Of a stretch of 64,000 bases of DNA, positions 9,045 to 22,537 are shown in pieces. Below the pieces are notes generated by a model, which was not told where the DNA came from, did no database searches, and saw only the letters and a program-made list of their open reading frames with translations. This stretch comes from an uncultured Gammaproteobacteria bacterium (lineage in GTDB: Bacteria > Patescibacteriota > Patescibacteriia > UBA11705 > JABHMO01), in assembly GCA_964486065.1 (NCBI GenBank), contig CAZAKN010000001.1, positions 157,640 to 221,639 on the forward strand. Direction: 5' to 3'. Position 1 is the stretch's first letter. Each line of letters begins with the position of its first letter. A program made the translations under genes and the position numbers.

Positions 9045-10323
9045 CTCTTTTTTTCATTTTACGCAATTTTCTTTTGGCGGGTTCTTCATTTTTTTCCGCC
9101 GGGAATTCTCTTTCAATTGAACCGCTGGGCGCGGAGCCTTTTCTCCCGGATGGAACAAAAATCGCGGCCAGCAACAAAATCAGAGCCAATATAAACAACC
9201 AAATCCAATAATTGTAAACCGACCAAAATTCAACGGTTACGGTTTCACTATCCAGCAAATAATTGCCCCAAGGTCCGCTGACTTTCAATTTAACATAATG
9301 ATCACCGGTGCCACTGAATTTGTGCGGTCCGTTTATCTCACTTTTATTGCCATCGCCGAAATCCCATTCAAAATTAAGTTTATCCGCTTGTATTTCTTGC
9401 ACATTGGTGCGAAAAGTAAAATCATAGGTATTCCAATTGAGTGGCTTGACTTCAATTATGACTTGTTTCAATTGTTCCACTTCCGGTGATTTATAATAAT
9501 CTCCCAATTCTTCATTTTCATTTAATTCTCCACCAACACCTTCCTCATCATTTCCGAGTTCAAATTCATCGCTTTCTCGTGAATCGGAAATATAATCATT
9601 ATCTTCATTTGGCGACTGATCATCATCGGCCGACTGTTCGCCCGAATCATCATCTTCTTCATCTTGACCTTGACCCGCCGGTGGCCAATCCCCTTCATCA
9701 TCCGAACCGCTGTCAGCCGAGTCATCAGCCGGCGGTTCCGGAGTAGGTTCTTCTTGGCAACTCGGATCCAAAGGACAATAATCTTCTTTATCTCCCACTC
9801 CGTCATCATCCGTGTCCGGATCCAAAGGATCGGTGCCGATATCATCTTCTTCATCATCCGTCAATCCGTCATTATCATCGTCAGTATCATTATCATCCCC
9901 GATACCGTCACCGTCCGTATCATCTTGCGGATGGAACAAAAAGCTAAGCGCTTCATTATTGGCAAGATTCTGGTCTTCCGGATCAACATTAAGTACTTTT
10001 ATGAAAACATTAAAATCACTTTCCGGCACTGTAAACTTAATAAAACTGTCATCAGCCACTCCACCGGCCTTAACCGAAGCTCCGTCTTCTCCCAACAAAG
10101 TCGCTCCCATAAAAAATCCCACATCAGCGTAAGCGTCCTGCTCACCGTAATTTCTCACAGCCGCGTAAATTTTAACCTCTTCGCCTTTGAGCAAATTATT
10201 TTTGTCTTTTGACAAAGAAATGGCTCCGGGCGTAATCCCCAAATCAACTTCATATTGAGTAGCGGAAACAGGCGCGGACAGACTTAAAAGTCCGCAAAAT
10301 AAAATGATAATTAACTTTTTCAT
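9037..10323 (-). CDS. Surface protein: CARDB-like N-domain, thrombospondin-type-3-like poly-Asp repeats (DTDGDGIGDDNDTDDDNDG), PKD-like domain, C-terminal TM anchor
   Basis: Signal peptide, D-rich repeats, NFEWDFGDG motif, C-terminal helix + basic tail. Confidence 0.5.
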   Translation of the reverse strand: MKKLIIILFCGLLSLSAPVSATQYEVDLGITPGAISLSKDKNNLLKGEEVKIYAAVRNYGEQDAYADVGFFMGATLLGEDGASVKAGGVADDSFIKFTVPESDFNVFIKVLNVDPEDQNLANNEALSFLFHPQDDTDGDGIGDDNDTDDDNDGLTDDEEDDIGTDPLDPDTDDDGVGDKEDYCPLDPSCQEEPTPEPPADDSADSGSDDEGDWPPAGQGQDEEDDDSGEQSADDDQSPNEDNDYISDSRESDEFELGNDEEGVGGELNENEELGDYYKSPEVEQLKQVIIEVKPLNWNTYDFTFRTNVQEIQADKLNFEWDFGDGNKSEINGPHKFSGTGDHYVKLKVSGPWGNYLLDSETVTVEFWSVYNYWIWLFILALILLLAAIFVPSGRKGSAPSGSIEREFPAEKNEEPAKRKLRKMKKRDE

Positions 10324-10340
10324 AAAAATGCTTTATTAGC

Positions 10341-10784
10341 TTAAAAGACTTTTAATTCTTTAAAAGCCTTTCTGAACAAACCAAGCACTTTGCGAGCTTC
10401 ACCATGTTTTATTACATAATGGACATCATGAACAATATGATTGCGAACTTTATGCGCCCAGAAAACCCTTCTCACGCCAGAATATTTAAAAGAAGCGCTT
10501 TTCAATCTTTCAGCCATGGTTTTGCCGGGAAAATACATTTTTTTCAAAACACTGTCCAATAATTTATCCGCTTCAATAATCGCCAATTTCAGATTCATTT
10601 CTTTGCCATAGCTCGCCAATTCCTCAATTTTATTCCATTCCTCTTTGTAAAATTGTTTATCAATTCCTTCCACCGCGGAAAATTTCGCCAACAATTTTTT
10701 AAACAATATGAATAAAACCACCGCCACCACCGCGACCAAAATCAGAATAAAATCTCCTTGTGTGAATTCCCAATAAAAATCCAT
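10341..10784 (-). CDS. Hypothetical N-terminally membrane-anchored protein
   Basis: 147-aa ORF, one N-terminal TM. Confidence 0.35.
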   Translation of the reverse strand: MDFYWEFTQGDFILILVAVVAVVLFILFKKLLAKFSAVEGIDKQFYKEEWNKIEELASYGKEMNLKLAIIEADKLLDSVLKKMYFPGKTMAERLKSASFKYSGVRRVFWAHKVRNHIVHDVHYVIKHGEARKVLGLFRKAFKELKVF

Positions 10785-10786
10785 AT

Positions 10787-12217
10787 CTAAAAATTTATTT
10801 CTTGTTCCAAATTGGCGGCCACATCCAACATGGTGGCTTCGTCGTAATAACTGCCCATCAGCTGAAGCCCGACCGGCAGGTCATCCACCAACCCGCAAGG
10901 AATGGAAATCGCCGGCAGACCGGCTACATTCGCGGAAACCGTAAAAATATCCGCCAAATACATGGTCAAAGGATCATCAAATTTCTCGCCCAAATCAAAA
11001 GCCGTACTCGGCGCCGTGGGCGTAACCAAACAATCAACATCTTTAAACACAGTTTCAAAATCTTGCTTAATCAGACGACGCGCTTTTTGCGCTTGCTTGT
11101 AATATTCATCTTGATAACCGGAAGATAGAACATAAGTGCCCAGAAAAATTCTTCTCTTCACCTCTTCGGCAAAACCTTGCTTTCTGGTTTTTAAATACAT
11201 CTCGGCCAAATTCCCCGCCTCTGCTCGGAATCCGTAACGCACACCGTCATAACGAGCCAAATTGGAAGATACTTCCGCGGTTTGCAAAATATAGTAAACG
11301 GATAAAGCGTACTCGGTTAAAGGCAAATTCACGGGTTTAACTTCCGCTCCCAAATCGGTAAGTTTGCTGATGGCTTTTTTTACGGTTTTTTCCACATCCA
11401 CATCCATGCCTTTAACGAAGTATTCTTGCGGAATACCGATTTTCAATCCATTCAAACCTTTGCCGAGTTTATCAACCACGACCGAATTTTTATCAACCGA
11501 AGTTGCATCAAATTCATCTCTGCCGGCGATATGTTCAAAAACATAAGCGGCGTCACGCACGGTTTTGGCCAAAATCCCGATCTGATCAAAGCTTGAAGCC
11601 ATGGACATAAGACCATGACGCGAAACTCGACCGTAAGTGGGTTTCAGACCAACCGTGCCGGTAAACGAAGCCGGCAAACGAACCGAACCTCCCGTGTCCG
11701 AACCCAAAGCGTAAAAAACTTCATGAGATGCCACGGCCGAGGCCGAACCGCTGGAAGATCCGCCCGGCACTTTTTTCAAATTGCACGGATTCTTAGTCGG
11801 ACCGAAATACGATGTTTCTCCCGAAGATCCCATGGCGAATTCGTCCATATTCGTTTTGCCTACGAAAATCGCGCCCGCTTTTTCCAATTTATTAATCACT
11901 CCAGCATTATATGGCGCGACATAATGCGAGAGCATTTTGGAACCGGCGGTGGCTTTCATTCCTTCAATTAAAATATTATCTTTAATGCCGACCGGAATAC
12001 CTTCCAAAACTCCGATTTCTCGGCCATCTTTGATTTTTTTATCAATCTGCTCGGCACGCCAATACGCGTCATCTTCCGTCAAGGTAATGAAACAATTCAG
12101 CTCTTCATCTTTCGCTCGGATGGCGTCAAAACAACTTTTGGTCAATTCCAAAGAGGAAAAATCTTTTTTCAAAAGTCCGCGATGCGCTTCTTCAATTGTT
12201 AATTTATTCAATTCCAT
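10787..12217 (-). CDS. gatA: Glutamyl-tRNA(Gln) amidotransferase subunit A
   Basis: Amidase signature GGSSSGSASAVAS, 476 aa. Confidence 0.9.
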   Translation of the reverse strand: MELNKLTIEEAHRGLLKKDFSSLELTKSCFDAIRAKDEELNCFITLTEDDAYWRAEQIDKKIKDGREIGVLEGIPVGIKDNILIEGMKATAGSKMLSHYVAPYNAGVINKLEKAGAIFVGKTNMDEFAMGSSGETSYFGPTKNPCNLKKVPGGSSSGSASAVASHEVFYALGSDTGGSVRLPASFTGTVGLKPTYGRVSRHGLMSMASSFDQIGILAKTVRDAAYVFEHIAGRDEFDATSVDKNSVVVDKLGKGLNGLKIGIPQEYFVKGMDVDVEKTVKKAISKLTDLGAEVKPVNLPLTEYALSVYYILQTAEVSSNLARYDGVRYGFRAEAGNLAEMYLKTRKQGFAEEVKRRIFLGTYVLSSGYQDEYYKQAQKARRLIKQDFETVFKDVDCLVTPTAPSTAFDLGEKFDDPLTMYLADIFTVSANVAGLPAISIPCGLVDDLPVGLQLMGSYYDEATMLDVAANLEQEINF

Positions 12218-12219
12218 AA

Positions 12220-12504
12220 TTACAATGTTTTATGAACTTTAAACATTTTGCGCTCAATTTCCGGCGCTTCGGCCAAAACCTTGCCCTCTTCCCAAATTTG
12301 TTTCGGCTTGTCTTCTCGCATTACATTGGTCAAGTCGGTTACATGATCCAGCGGTTCCACGCTTTGTAAATCCAATTCTTTCAATTTTTCAAAATACTCC
12401 ACCACGGAAGCCAATTGTTCGCTGAATTTACTTTTTTCTTCACTTGAAATATCAAGACGCGCCAATTTGACCAAATGTTCAATGTGTTGTTCGGAAATCT
12501 TCAT
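12220..12504 (-). CDS. gatC: Glutamyl-tRNA(Gln) amidotransferase subunit C
   Basis: 94 aa, immediately upstream of gatA, GatC-like sequence. Confidence 0.8.
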   Translation of the reverse strand: MKISEQHIEHLVKLARLDISSEEKSKFSEQLASVVEYFEKLKELDLQSVEPLDHVTDLTNVMREDKPKQIWEEGKVLAEAPEIERKMFKVHKTL

Positions 12505-12566
12505 ATTTTTGAAATAATTATTTACAATTAAAGTTTATCATCAATTGCCTAAATTTACAATTTAAT

Positions 12567-15456
<2,890 letters not shown>

Positions 15457-15546
15457 AAGAATAATTCTGATTCAAAAATATATATTAATCAAGACTAATC
15501 AAAGAATAAAATTCAATGATCCTTAAGCGGATATCGGCGTTTGGGA

Positions 15547-16008
15547 TTATTTTAATAGCTTTAAAATTTCTTCACCCCAAAACATCATGATAATGGCCGC
15601 GACTGATAGAAAAGGAATCAGAGCGATCTTGGATTTCAGTTTGCGACCGCGGAACAAGATCAAACCGATACTCCAAATAAAGCCCAGAATGTATGCCAAA
15701 AATATGGCGTAAACGATCTGTGGCCAACCCAACAAAATACCCAAAAAAAGCCCGAAATAAATATCACCTTGTCCCACCCATTTGCCTTTTGACAATAAAG
15801 ATTGAATTAAAAAAAAGCCACTACCGAACAGAACCGCCCATAAAACATTTCTCAGCTCAGCCGGCTGCAAGCCAAAAAACCAAATTCTATAAAATACGGC
15901 GACCAATGCGGATAACAAAATAAATTCACGATAAACCGCGCCTCGCCGATAATCGTTAAACGCCAGTCCGAGCAAGCAAATTAAAAAAATTATTTTAAAA
16001 TAAATCAT
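15547..16008 (-). CDS. Short prepilin peptidase-like (A24 family, TadV/CpaA-type) membrane protein
   Basis: GQGDIYFGLFLG motif resembling GGGDVKL. Start 1 nt after the gap stop (track ORF extends to 16065). Confidence 0.45.
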   Translation of the reverse strand: MIYFKIIFLICLLGLAFNDYRRGAVYREFILLSALVAVFYRIWFFGLQPAELRNVLWAVLFGSGFFLIQSLLSKGKWVGQGDIYFGLFLGILLGWPQIVYAIFLAYILGFIWSIGLILFRGRKLKSKIALIPFLSVAAIIMMFWGEEILKLLK

Positions 16009-16009
16009 C

Positions 16010-17005
16010 TTACACAAGGTTAACCATTTCCACCAAACGATTGGCGTAACCCCACTCATTATCATACCAAGCGATAATTTTGGCTAGATTGCCCCCCACC
16101 ACTCTGGTCATGGCAAGATCAACGATGGCTGATTCCGATCGTCCGATAATGTCGCTGGAAACCAAAGGTTCATCGGTCGTTGCCAGCAGGCCTTTGTAAA
16201 GCGGGCTTTTGGAAGCTTGAGTGAAAGCGCGATTGATTTTTTCCGAAGTTGTATCTTTTGACAAAAGCACGGTTAGATCGGCCAAAGAACCGCAAACCAA
16301 AGGAACTCGCACCGCCAAACCGTCAAATTTATCTTGCAATTCCGGCATGGTCAAAATGGTGGCCTTGGCAGCGCCCGTGGAAGTCGGGATCATGTTATTC
16401 AGAGCGGAACGACCGCGACGATAATCTTTGGCGTATGGCAAATCAACCGTTCTTTGCGAAGCGGTAACCGCGTGAATAGTGTTAAGCAAAGCTTTTTCCA
16501 CGCCGAAATTTCCTTGCAAAACGGCCATAACCGGCGCCACGCAATTGGTGGTACAGGAAGCATTGGCCATTATCTCGGAAGGTTCAACGCTTTTGTTATT
16601 AACGCCTTTAACCACGGTGGCGACTTTACCGTCTTTGCTTGGCGCGGAAATGAACACCCGTTTAGCGCCCGCGTGCAAATGTTTACGAGAGTCATTCTGA
16701 CGCGTGAACACGCCGGTACATTCCAAAACCGTATCAATCTTCATTTTTTTCCATGGCAATTTCCGCGGTTCGGCAATCCGTGAAAACGCGATTTTCTTCC
16801 CATTTATCATTAAATAATCTTTACCCGCTTTCGCGGTTTTAATACTTGAATTTTGATAAACGGAATCATGTTTCAATAAATAAACCAAATTTTCCGGATC
16901 CGCCAAATCATTGATGGCCACGACTTGAATATTTTTTTTACTCAAAGCTATTTTCAGAGCCGCGCGTCCGATACGACCGAAGCCGTTGATGGCGATTTTT
17001 TTCAT
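16010..17005 (-). CDS. gap: Glyceraldehyde-3-phosphate dehydrogenase
   Basis: INGFGRIGR NAD motif, ASCTTNCVAP active site. Confidence 0.9.
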   Translation of the reverse strand: MKKIAINGFGRIGRAALKIALSKKNIQVVAINDLADPENLVYLLKHDSVYQNSSIKTAKAGKDYLMINGKKIAFSRIAEPRKLPWKKMKIDTVLECTGVFTRQNDSRKHLHAGAKRVFISAPSKDGKVATVVKGVNNKSVEPSEIMANASCTTNCVAPVMAVLQGNFGVEKALLNTIHAVTASQRTVDLPYAKDYRRGRSALNNMIPTSTGAAKATILTMPELQDKFDGLAVRVPLVCGSLADLTVLLSKDTTSEKINRAFTQASKSPLYKGLLATTDEPLVSSDIIGRSESAIVDLAMTRVVGGNLAKIIAWYDNEWGYANRLVEMVNLV

Positions 17006-17016
17006 AATTAAAAATA

Positions 17017-17814
17017 TTATTTCTCAATTTTCAATTTATCCAAAATATTGAAAACCGTTTGTTCGTCAATCATTTGTTCGCCTTCAGTGTCTTGATAGCG
17101 GAAAAATAATTCCACATAACCGCCTTCGGTTTTTTCAATCACCATAGCCGCCGTGCCATTGTCCATGACATACCAATCAGCGTCCAAACCCGCCACTTTC
17201 ATTTCTTGACTTTCTTGTTCATCCGCGTATCTATCCACCGTTTCGTTAACATAAACCTCCATATCCGCCGAGAACTCATTTTGTTCCGGGACTTCTCCGC
17301 CCGAATAAAAATTTATCACCTCCCCTTCTTCACGATAAGGATTATCCACGTAAGCCCATTTGGGAGGAAAATAAACCGTTAAACCGTATTTGGAAAAACT
17401 TAACCATTGATTTTCCTTGATAATTTCAGATAAATTTTCAATGGCCTTACTTTCCACGCGATCGTTTTGATTCTTTTCATATTCAGGTTCTCCCGAAACA
17501 TCAACCGGTACTTCCAACCCGTTTTGCGCCAAAATCTCTTTGTAAATTTCTCCGTAATAAAGTCGCGTCATTTTGGTTTCCACATACATGGCACTGAACA
17601 AAGCGGCGAAAGCTAAAAACACGCAAACTATCATAACTGTCAAAACTACCGATAAACCTTTAAAATAATGCAATTCTTGTTTGATCAAGCGAATTCTCTC
17701 CTTGGTGGAATTGATATCCAACTTGATCTTTTCTTTGGATTTTGATTTTTTGTTTTTTGTTGGCATAGATTTTATTTTATAAAAAGTAATAAAGCTACAG
17801 AGAGTGCAAATCAT
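17017..17814 (-). CDS. Hypothetical membrane-anchored protein (true start possibly MPTKNKK at 17766)
   Basis: ORF with one TM and acidic C-terminal region. Confidence 0.35.
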   Translation of the reverse strand: MICTLCSFITFYKIKSMPTKNKKSKSKEKIKLDINSTKERIRLIKQELHYFKGLSVVLTVMIVCVFLAFAALFSAMYVETKMTRLYYGEIYKEILAQNGLEVPVDVSGEPEYEKNQNDRVESKAIENLSEIIKENQWLSFSKYGLTVYFPPKWAYVDNPYREEGEVINFYSGGEVPEQNEFSADMEVYVNETVDRYADEQESQEMKVAGLDADWYVMDNGTAAMVIEKTEGGYVELFFRYQDTEGEQMIDEQTVFNILDKLKIEK

Positions 17815-17881
17815 GAATAATTTCCTTGTTCCGTGAAATATGTTTAAAGTTTAAGTTTTTCACCCATTTTTCTCGTTAAAA

Positions 17882-19012
17882 TCACTTGAACAGGTTAATA
17901 ATATCTTTCCCCGTGACGATCAAAACCAAAAGCATTAGCAAAGCAAAACCGATCGTATGCACCACTTGTTCAACTTTTTGACTAACGGGTTTGCGACGGA
18001 TTTTTTCAATCAAGATAAACAAAACACGTCCGCCATCCAAAGCCGGTAAAGGTAAAAAATTAATAATCGCCAAATTTATTGACAATAGCGCCGTGAATTG
18101 CAAAGCGTAATTTATGCCCATGCGCGCCACTTTGCCGGTCATAACGGCGATTCCTACCGGTCCGGCCACTTCCACACCAACGGGTTGTCCGACAATCGCA
18201 TTTTTAATTATCGTGACGAAAGCAACTATTATTTGAATGAATAAATTATAAGTGGCTTTCAATCCCAACCAAATTGATTTATACCATGGATAAGACACGA
18301 TTCCGGTTTTTTCAATTCCCACTCCAAGCACCGCCCGCTCACCTGTTTCATTTTCCGGCAAAACCTGTGGCGTGGCTGATAAAAGAACCGGCTCACCGTA
18401 TCTGGAAATTTCAATTTCCATGCTTTGACCGTTTTTTGAAGCAACATAATCTTGCACTTCGGTAATTTCGCTGAATGAAAAACCGTCCAAAGCGACAATG
18501 GCGTCACCAAGTTCAATCCCCGCTTCCGTAGCCGGAGAGTTTGCCACCAAGGACATGACTTGCATTTTCTCGTCTGAAACTTTGGCACCTTCTTCAACAT
18601 TGCTTAAAACTTGCGGACTGCCCAATGTAAAAACCAACATGAGACAAATCGCCGCCAAAATTATATTCATAGTTACGCCCGCGGATAAAATAATGCTTCG
18701 CTTCCAAGGTTTTTTGGCGGCAAAACTGTCCGGATCTTTACTTTCACCATCTTCACCTTTAATTTTAACGAAACCTCCGAGCGGAATCCAATTGAGCGAC
18801 CAGATGGTATCTTCCGATTCATGTTCTCCGCTTCCCCAAAAAAATTTTCTTTTACCGTTAACTTTTTTCCAGCCGAAAACGCGAGGCGGGAACCCAAACC
18901 CGAATTCTTCGGCTTTTACGCCGAACATTCTGGCGGTGGCGTAATGTCCCAGCTCATGCACGAACACCAACACCGACAACACCAAAACAAATACGATTAT
19001 GGTAAATGCCAT
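17882..19012 (-). CDS. rseP: Site-2 protease RseP (M50 zinc metalloprotease with PDZ domain)
   Basis: HELGHY and LDGG motifs, PDZ segment. Confidence 0.85.
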   Translation of the reverse strand: MAFTIIVFVLVLSVLVFVHELGHYATARMFGVKAEEFGFGFPPRVFGWKKVNGKRKFFWGSGEHESEDTIWSLNWIPLGGFVKIKGEDGESKDPDSFAAKKPWKRSIILSAGVTMNIILAAICLMLVFTLGSPQVLSNVEEGAKVSDEKMQVMSLVANSPATEAGIELGDAIVALDGFSFSEITEVQDYVASKNGQSMEIEISRYGEPVLLSATPQVLPENETGERAVLGVGIEKTGIVSYPWYKSIWLGLKATYNLFIQIIVAFVTIIKNAIVGQPVGVEVAGPVGIAVMTGKVARMGINYALQFTALLSINLAIINFLPLPALDGGRVLFILIEKIRRKPVSQKVEQVVHTIGFALLMLLVLIVTGKDIINLFK

Positions 19013-19015
19013 ATT

Positions 19016-19825
19016 TTACGAATATTTAATTATTTTTTTTACGGTTATTTTTTCTCCGAGAAATTTTTCCGCTATTTTCGCGAAATTCTCATTTAAATCA
19101 CTGACTTGATAAATGCGCTCGCCGCGCGGGCTTATTCGCTCGGCCATCTCGGGATGCCGATTCAAATATTCAACCAAAGAACCAGCCACAATTTCACCGG
19201 GATCAGGTACTTCACATTCTCCCCCCATAATGTCGCGAACTTGCTTTAAAAGCAACGGATAATGCGTACATCCCAAAATCAGACTGTCAACTTTTTCTCG
19301 CTTCAAAGGCTTTAAATAATATTCCAATATACTTACCGTTTCCAGACGCTTCAACCAATTCTCTTCAATTAACGGTACCAAAAGTGGCGCGGCCACTTGT
19401 TCTACTCGCAATTTCGGCTGTAACTTCTTTAATTCTACCATATACGCGCCCGACTGAACAGTCCCGCGCGTGCCGATAATCCCCACTTTTTGCTTGGCAT
19501 TTTGCGCCATGAATTCCACGATCGGTCTGATCACCCCGAGAACTCGCAAATTATCATCGCGCAAAGCGGGTAAATATTCTTGTTGTATTCTGCGCAAAGC
19601 TTTAGCCGAGGCGGTATTACAAGCGATAATGATAAGTTTGCAACCTTGTTTAAATAAATAATCGCAAGCTTGGCGCGTCAATTCAAAAACCGCCTCTTCG
19701 GAACGATTGCCATAAGGCACATGCAAAGTATCGCCGAAATACAAATAATCATATTGCGGTAACTTTTTTTTAATTTGTTTCAAGACGGTTAACCCGCCCA
19801 ATCCTGAATCAAATACACCGATCAT
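19016..19825 (-). CDS. murI: Glutamate racemase
   Basis: GVFDSGLGGLTV N-terminus, 269 aa. Confidence 0.85.
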   Translation of the reverse strand: MIGVFDSGLGGLTVLKQIKKKLPQYDYLYFGDTLHVPYGNRSEEAVFELTRQACDYLFKQGCKLIIIACNTASAKALRRIQQEYLPALRDDNLRVLGVIRPIVEFMAQNAKQKVGIIGTRGTVQSGAYMVELKKLQPKLRVEQVAAPLLVPLIEENWLKRLETVSILEYYLKPLKREKVDSLILGCTHYPLLLKQVRDIMGGECEVPDPGEIVAGSLVEYLNRHPEMAERISPRGERIYQVSDLNENFAKIAEKFLGEKITVKKIIKYS

Positions 19826-19917
19826 ATTATGGATATTTTAGCATATTTTTCTTCATGCCCCAATTTTTCAATTAAAAAAGCGGGACAGCTCACTGTCCCG
19901 CGTAATTGTGATAAAGA

Positions 19918-21195
19918 TCATTTCTTACCGGATTGGATCATCACGCCGAAATTGGCTTTGCTACGCTTGATTTGTTCGCGTTTGCGATGTTCTTCTTCAA
20001 TCGTCAACTGTTCGTTGACAGCTTGCAAAAGATCTTCCGGCGACATATCCACGCACTTGGCATAATCTTTGGCTTGAGGATCCAGATCTTCCTCGGACTG
20101 CAATTCGCCAACTTTGTTTTCTTTCATGACGAAGATTTGCCGATTGATGGCTTTATCCGTCAAAGCTTGCTTCGGAGTTTTCTCCGGACAACTTTTTTGG
20201 TAACCTTTTTCAAAAAGCTTTTTGGTAATTTTCTGCCTACTCACCTCATCACCAAAAACTTTTTTCAGCAAAAGATCGGCTTCGGCTTTCCACTCTTCCT
20301 GCTTTGCCTTTTCCTGTTGACGCTTTTCCAGATCAACCTTTGACAAAGCGGGTTCTATTTTCCTCTTTTCGTTACCGATTTTCGAATCGGTATTCCTTGG
20401 TAGCCATGGCCAACCGGAGGACTCGTTTATTTTGTGAACGAGTTCAAAATGTGCCGGAGAAGCATGATTATCGGGATTGGGAAAATCTGCTTTGACAAAC
20501 CCGAAAGCTCGATACAGTACCGTGTTGATAATGGTCAGCAAATCGCTGATTCTGACATTCCAACCTTCATTGGAAGCTTTATCAATAAAACTGCCATAAT
20601 CATCATAACCGAAAAACCTGTATTCTTCTTCTTCTACCCTTTTCTTCACGCCGATCATCGTACCGCGCAAAGCCATCCAAACATACCTATCCGCCGATTT
20701 CCAATACGCTTCCGGCAAGCTGTTGTTCGGATATTCCGCTCTGATTTCCCGCAACTTGAATTTGACTCTATCTTCATCTGATTCTTCCGTGGGAAAATCA
20801 GGTTGCTCAAATCGCAGTTCGGGATTTCTGACAATCATCACCTCCGGCTTTTCCGGAGTCAAGTCTTTTCTCTTTTGAACTTCGGGTTCTTTCTCCTTTT
20901 CTTTGAGAAAGACTTCTGGTTCGGCCTCGCCGGAATTTTCGCTTTCGGCAACACCCAGTTCTTCCAGAAGTTTCAATTTGGCCGACTTAAGAAAAAGATT
21001 CTCCGCTTGTGTTTTTAAAGCCTTTTCTCTAAGCAACCGACGAATCTCCTCATCTTGCCACAGCAGATCTGCTTGATCCGGTTGTCCTAATTTTTCCGCC
21101 AATTTAGTGGCTTCCGACATCATGACTTCTTTGAGATCCTTGTCAGTTACTTGATCATTATTGTGAACGGACATCATATTTTCCTCCTTCGGCAA
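19918..21195 (-). CDS. Hypothetical charged soluble protein (425 aa), no recognised domain
   Basis: Long ORF with Lys/Glu-rich termini. Confidence 0.4.
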   Translation of the reverse strand: MPKEENMMSVHNNDQVTDKDLKEVMMSEATKLAEKLGQPDQADLLWQDEEIRRLLREKALKTQAENLFLKSAKLKLLEELGVAESENSGEAEPEVFLKEKEKEPEVQKRKDLTPEKPEVMIVRNPELRFEQPDFPTEESDEDRVKFKLREIRAEYPNNSLPEAYWKSADRYVWMALRGTMIGVKKRVEEEEYRFFGYDDYGSFIDKASNEGWNVRISDLLTIINTVLYRAFGFVKADFPNPDNHASPAHFELVHKINESSGWPWLPRNTDSKIGNEKRKIEPALSKVDLEKRQQEKAKQEEWKAEADLLLKKVFGDEVSRQKITKKLFEKGYQKSCPEKTPKQALTDKAINRQIFVMKENKVGELQSEEDLDPQAKDYAKCVDMSPEDLLQAVNEQLTIEEEHRKREQIKRSKANFGVMIQSGKK

Positions 21196-21328
21196 AGCCG
21201 AAAAATCAATCTCCCACTTAAGGAAATCCTAAGATTTACGGAGACAAATTATTTGAAAATTTAACACATTAATATTATCCGGTCAAGTAAATATGGTTAT
21301 TTTTGTCTAAATTTAAACAATATTTCAA

Positions 21329-21366
21329 ATTGACATAGACTGATAATTTTGCTAAATTATTATATT
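21329..21366 (+). promoter_or_regulatory. Candidate sigma70 promoter (TTGACA-17-TAAATT) for the plus-strand tandem gene pair
   Basis: ttgacatagactgataattttgctaaatt about 40 nt upstream of ATG 21404. Confidence 0.4.
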
Positions 21367-21403
21367 GACAGAACTTTGACAATCACTTGAGAAAGAGCAC
21401 ATC

Positions 21404-21958
21404 ATGAATCTTAAAAACTTGGAAAAATGGATGGAATTCATTGAAAACATGGTTATTCTTCCTTGCTTCATAATTTTAATCTTAACAGGGATCGCCATTT
21501 CCCTGTGGATGGATTTAACCAGAAGATATGAAAACATCCCGGTGGATGAAACCGCAAAGTTTTTCGTTGTCCGAGAAAACACCTTCGGACTGAAAAATGG
21601 TCAAGTTTTCATTCGTTCCAAAGTGCCAATCTTCTATTCGGAAAACATTGTTAAGCCGATTTTTCAGTATAAATCGTATGAAGGTCCGCGTTATTTGATT
21701 CCTTATCCGAAACTGGATTTGGTGATCTTGGAACTGGAAAAAATCAACGCGGATTCAAACATTATCTCGGTCATGTTTCCAAACATGGAAACTAAAAGTT
21801 TCATCATTAACTCTCCACCGAAAAACGAGCGTCGCTGGCCGGACATGATTGAAAGAGACATGAAAAAACAAGGGCTCCCGATTCCCGAATACACCTTGTA
21901 TCGCTGGCAACCGGGAACTCCACCTAATCAAGGTGAAATCATCATCAGCACTTTATAA
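21404..21958 (+). CDS. Hypothetical N-terminally anchored protein, paralog A (GQVFIRS..P..F..E)
   Basis: About 35% identity to the next ORF across about 150 aa. Confidence 0.5.
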   Translation: MNLKNLEKWMEFIENMVILPCFIILILTGIAISLWMDLTRRYENIPVDETAKFFVVRENTFGLKNGQVFIRSKVPIFYSENIVKPIFQYKSYEGPRYLIPYPKLDLVILELEKINADSNIISVMFPNMETKSFIINSPPKNERRWPDMIERDMKKQGLPIPEYTLYRWQPGTPPNQGEIIISTL

Positions 21959-21968
21959 GGAGATTATT

Positions 21969-22523
21969 ATGACCAGACTTGAAATTTTCCTTTTTTCCAG
22001 CTATTGGCTGATCTTCCTGATGGCAATGATAGGTAATGCGTTCTATCATGACATGTATAAATATTCAGTGGTTCTGAACACGCAAACCGAAAACTACATT
22101 ATCGTGGAAGCCGAATATATTACTTCACCAAACAGAAAAGAGCGCATGCCTAAACCGGGGCAGGTTTTCATTCGTTCCGAAGTACCGGTGGTTTTTTCGG
22201 ACGAAGTGGGCGCGACGACTTTTCAGTACAGTCCTTGGCAAGGAGCTCGTTTACTGAAACCTTTTCCCCAAGAGACGAAAGAATTGATGGTTCTGAACTG
22301 TGAAAAAATTAATTCTCTGTCCGCTGTCGTAACGGTTATGTTCCCCGATGGATGCGCTCGTTCTTTTGTGACTCAATCACCAAGCAAAAATATTCATCGC
22401 CCTCCCGACTTGGTTGAACGAAACATGTTGCGACAAGGTCTGCCTGTCCCTCAATACCTTGTGTATCATTGGGAAACGAATACTCCGCGTGATCAAGGCA
22501 AGCTGTTCTTTTCCGTCATTTAG
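21969..22523 (+). CDS. Hypothetical N-terminally anchored protein, paralog B (start at aaggagattattATG)
   Basis: Paralog of 21404-21958. Strong RBS. Confidence 0.5.
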   Translation: MTRLEIFLFSSYWLIFLMAMIGNAFYHDMYKYSVVLNTQTENYIIVEAEYITSPNRKERMPKPGQVFIRSEVPVVFSDEVGATTFQYSPWQGARLLKPFPQETKELMVLNCEKINSLSAVVTVMFPDGCARSFVTQSPSKNIHRPPDLVERNMLRQGLPVPQYLVYHWETNTPRDQGKLFFSVI

Positions 22524-22537
22524 ATTCGTAAATCAAA

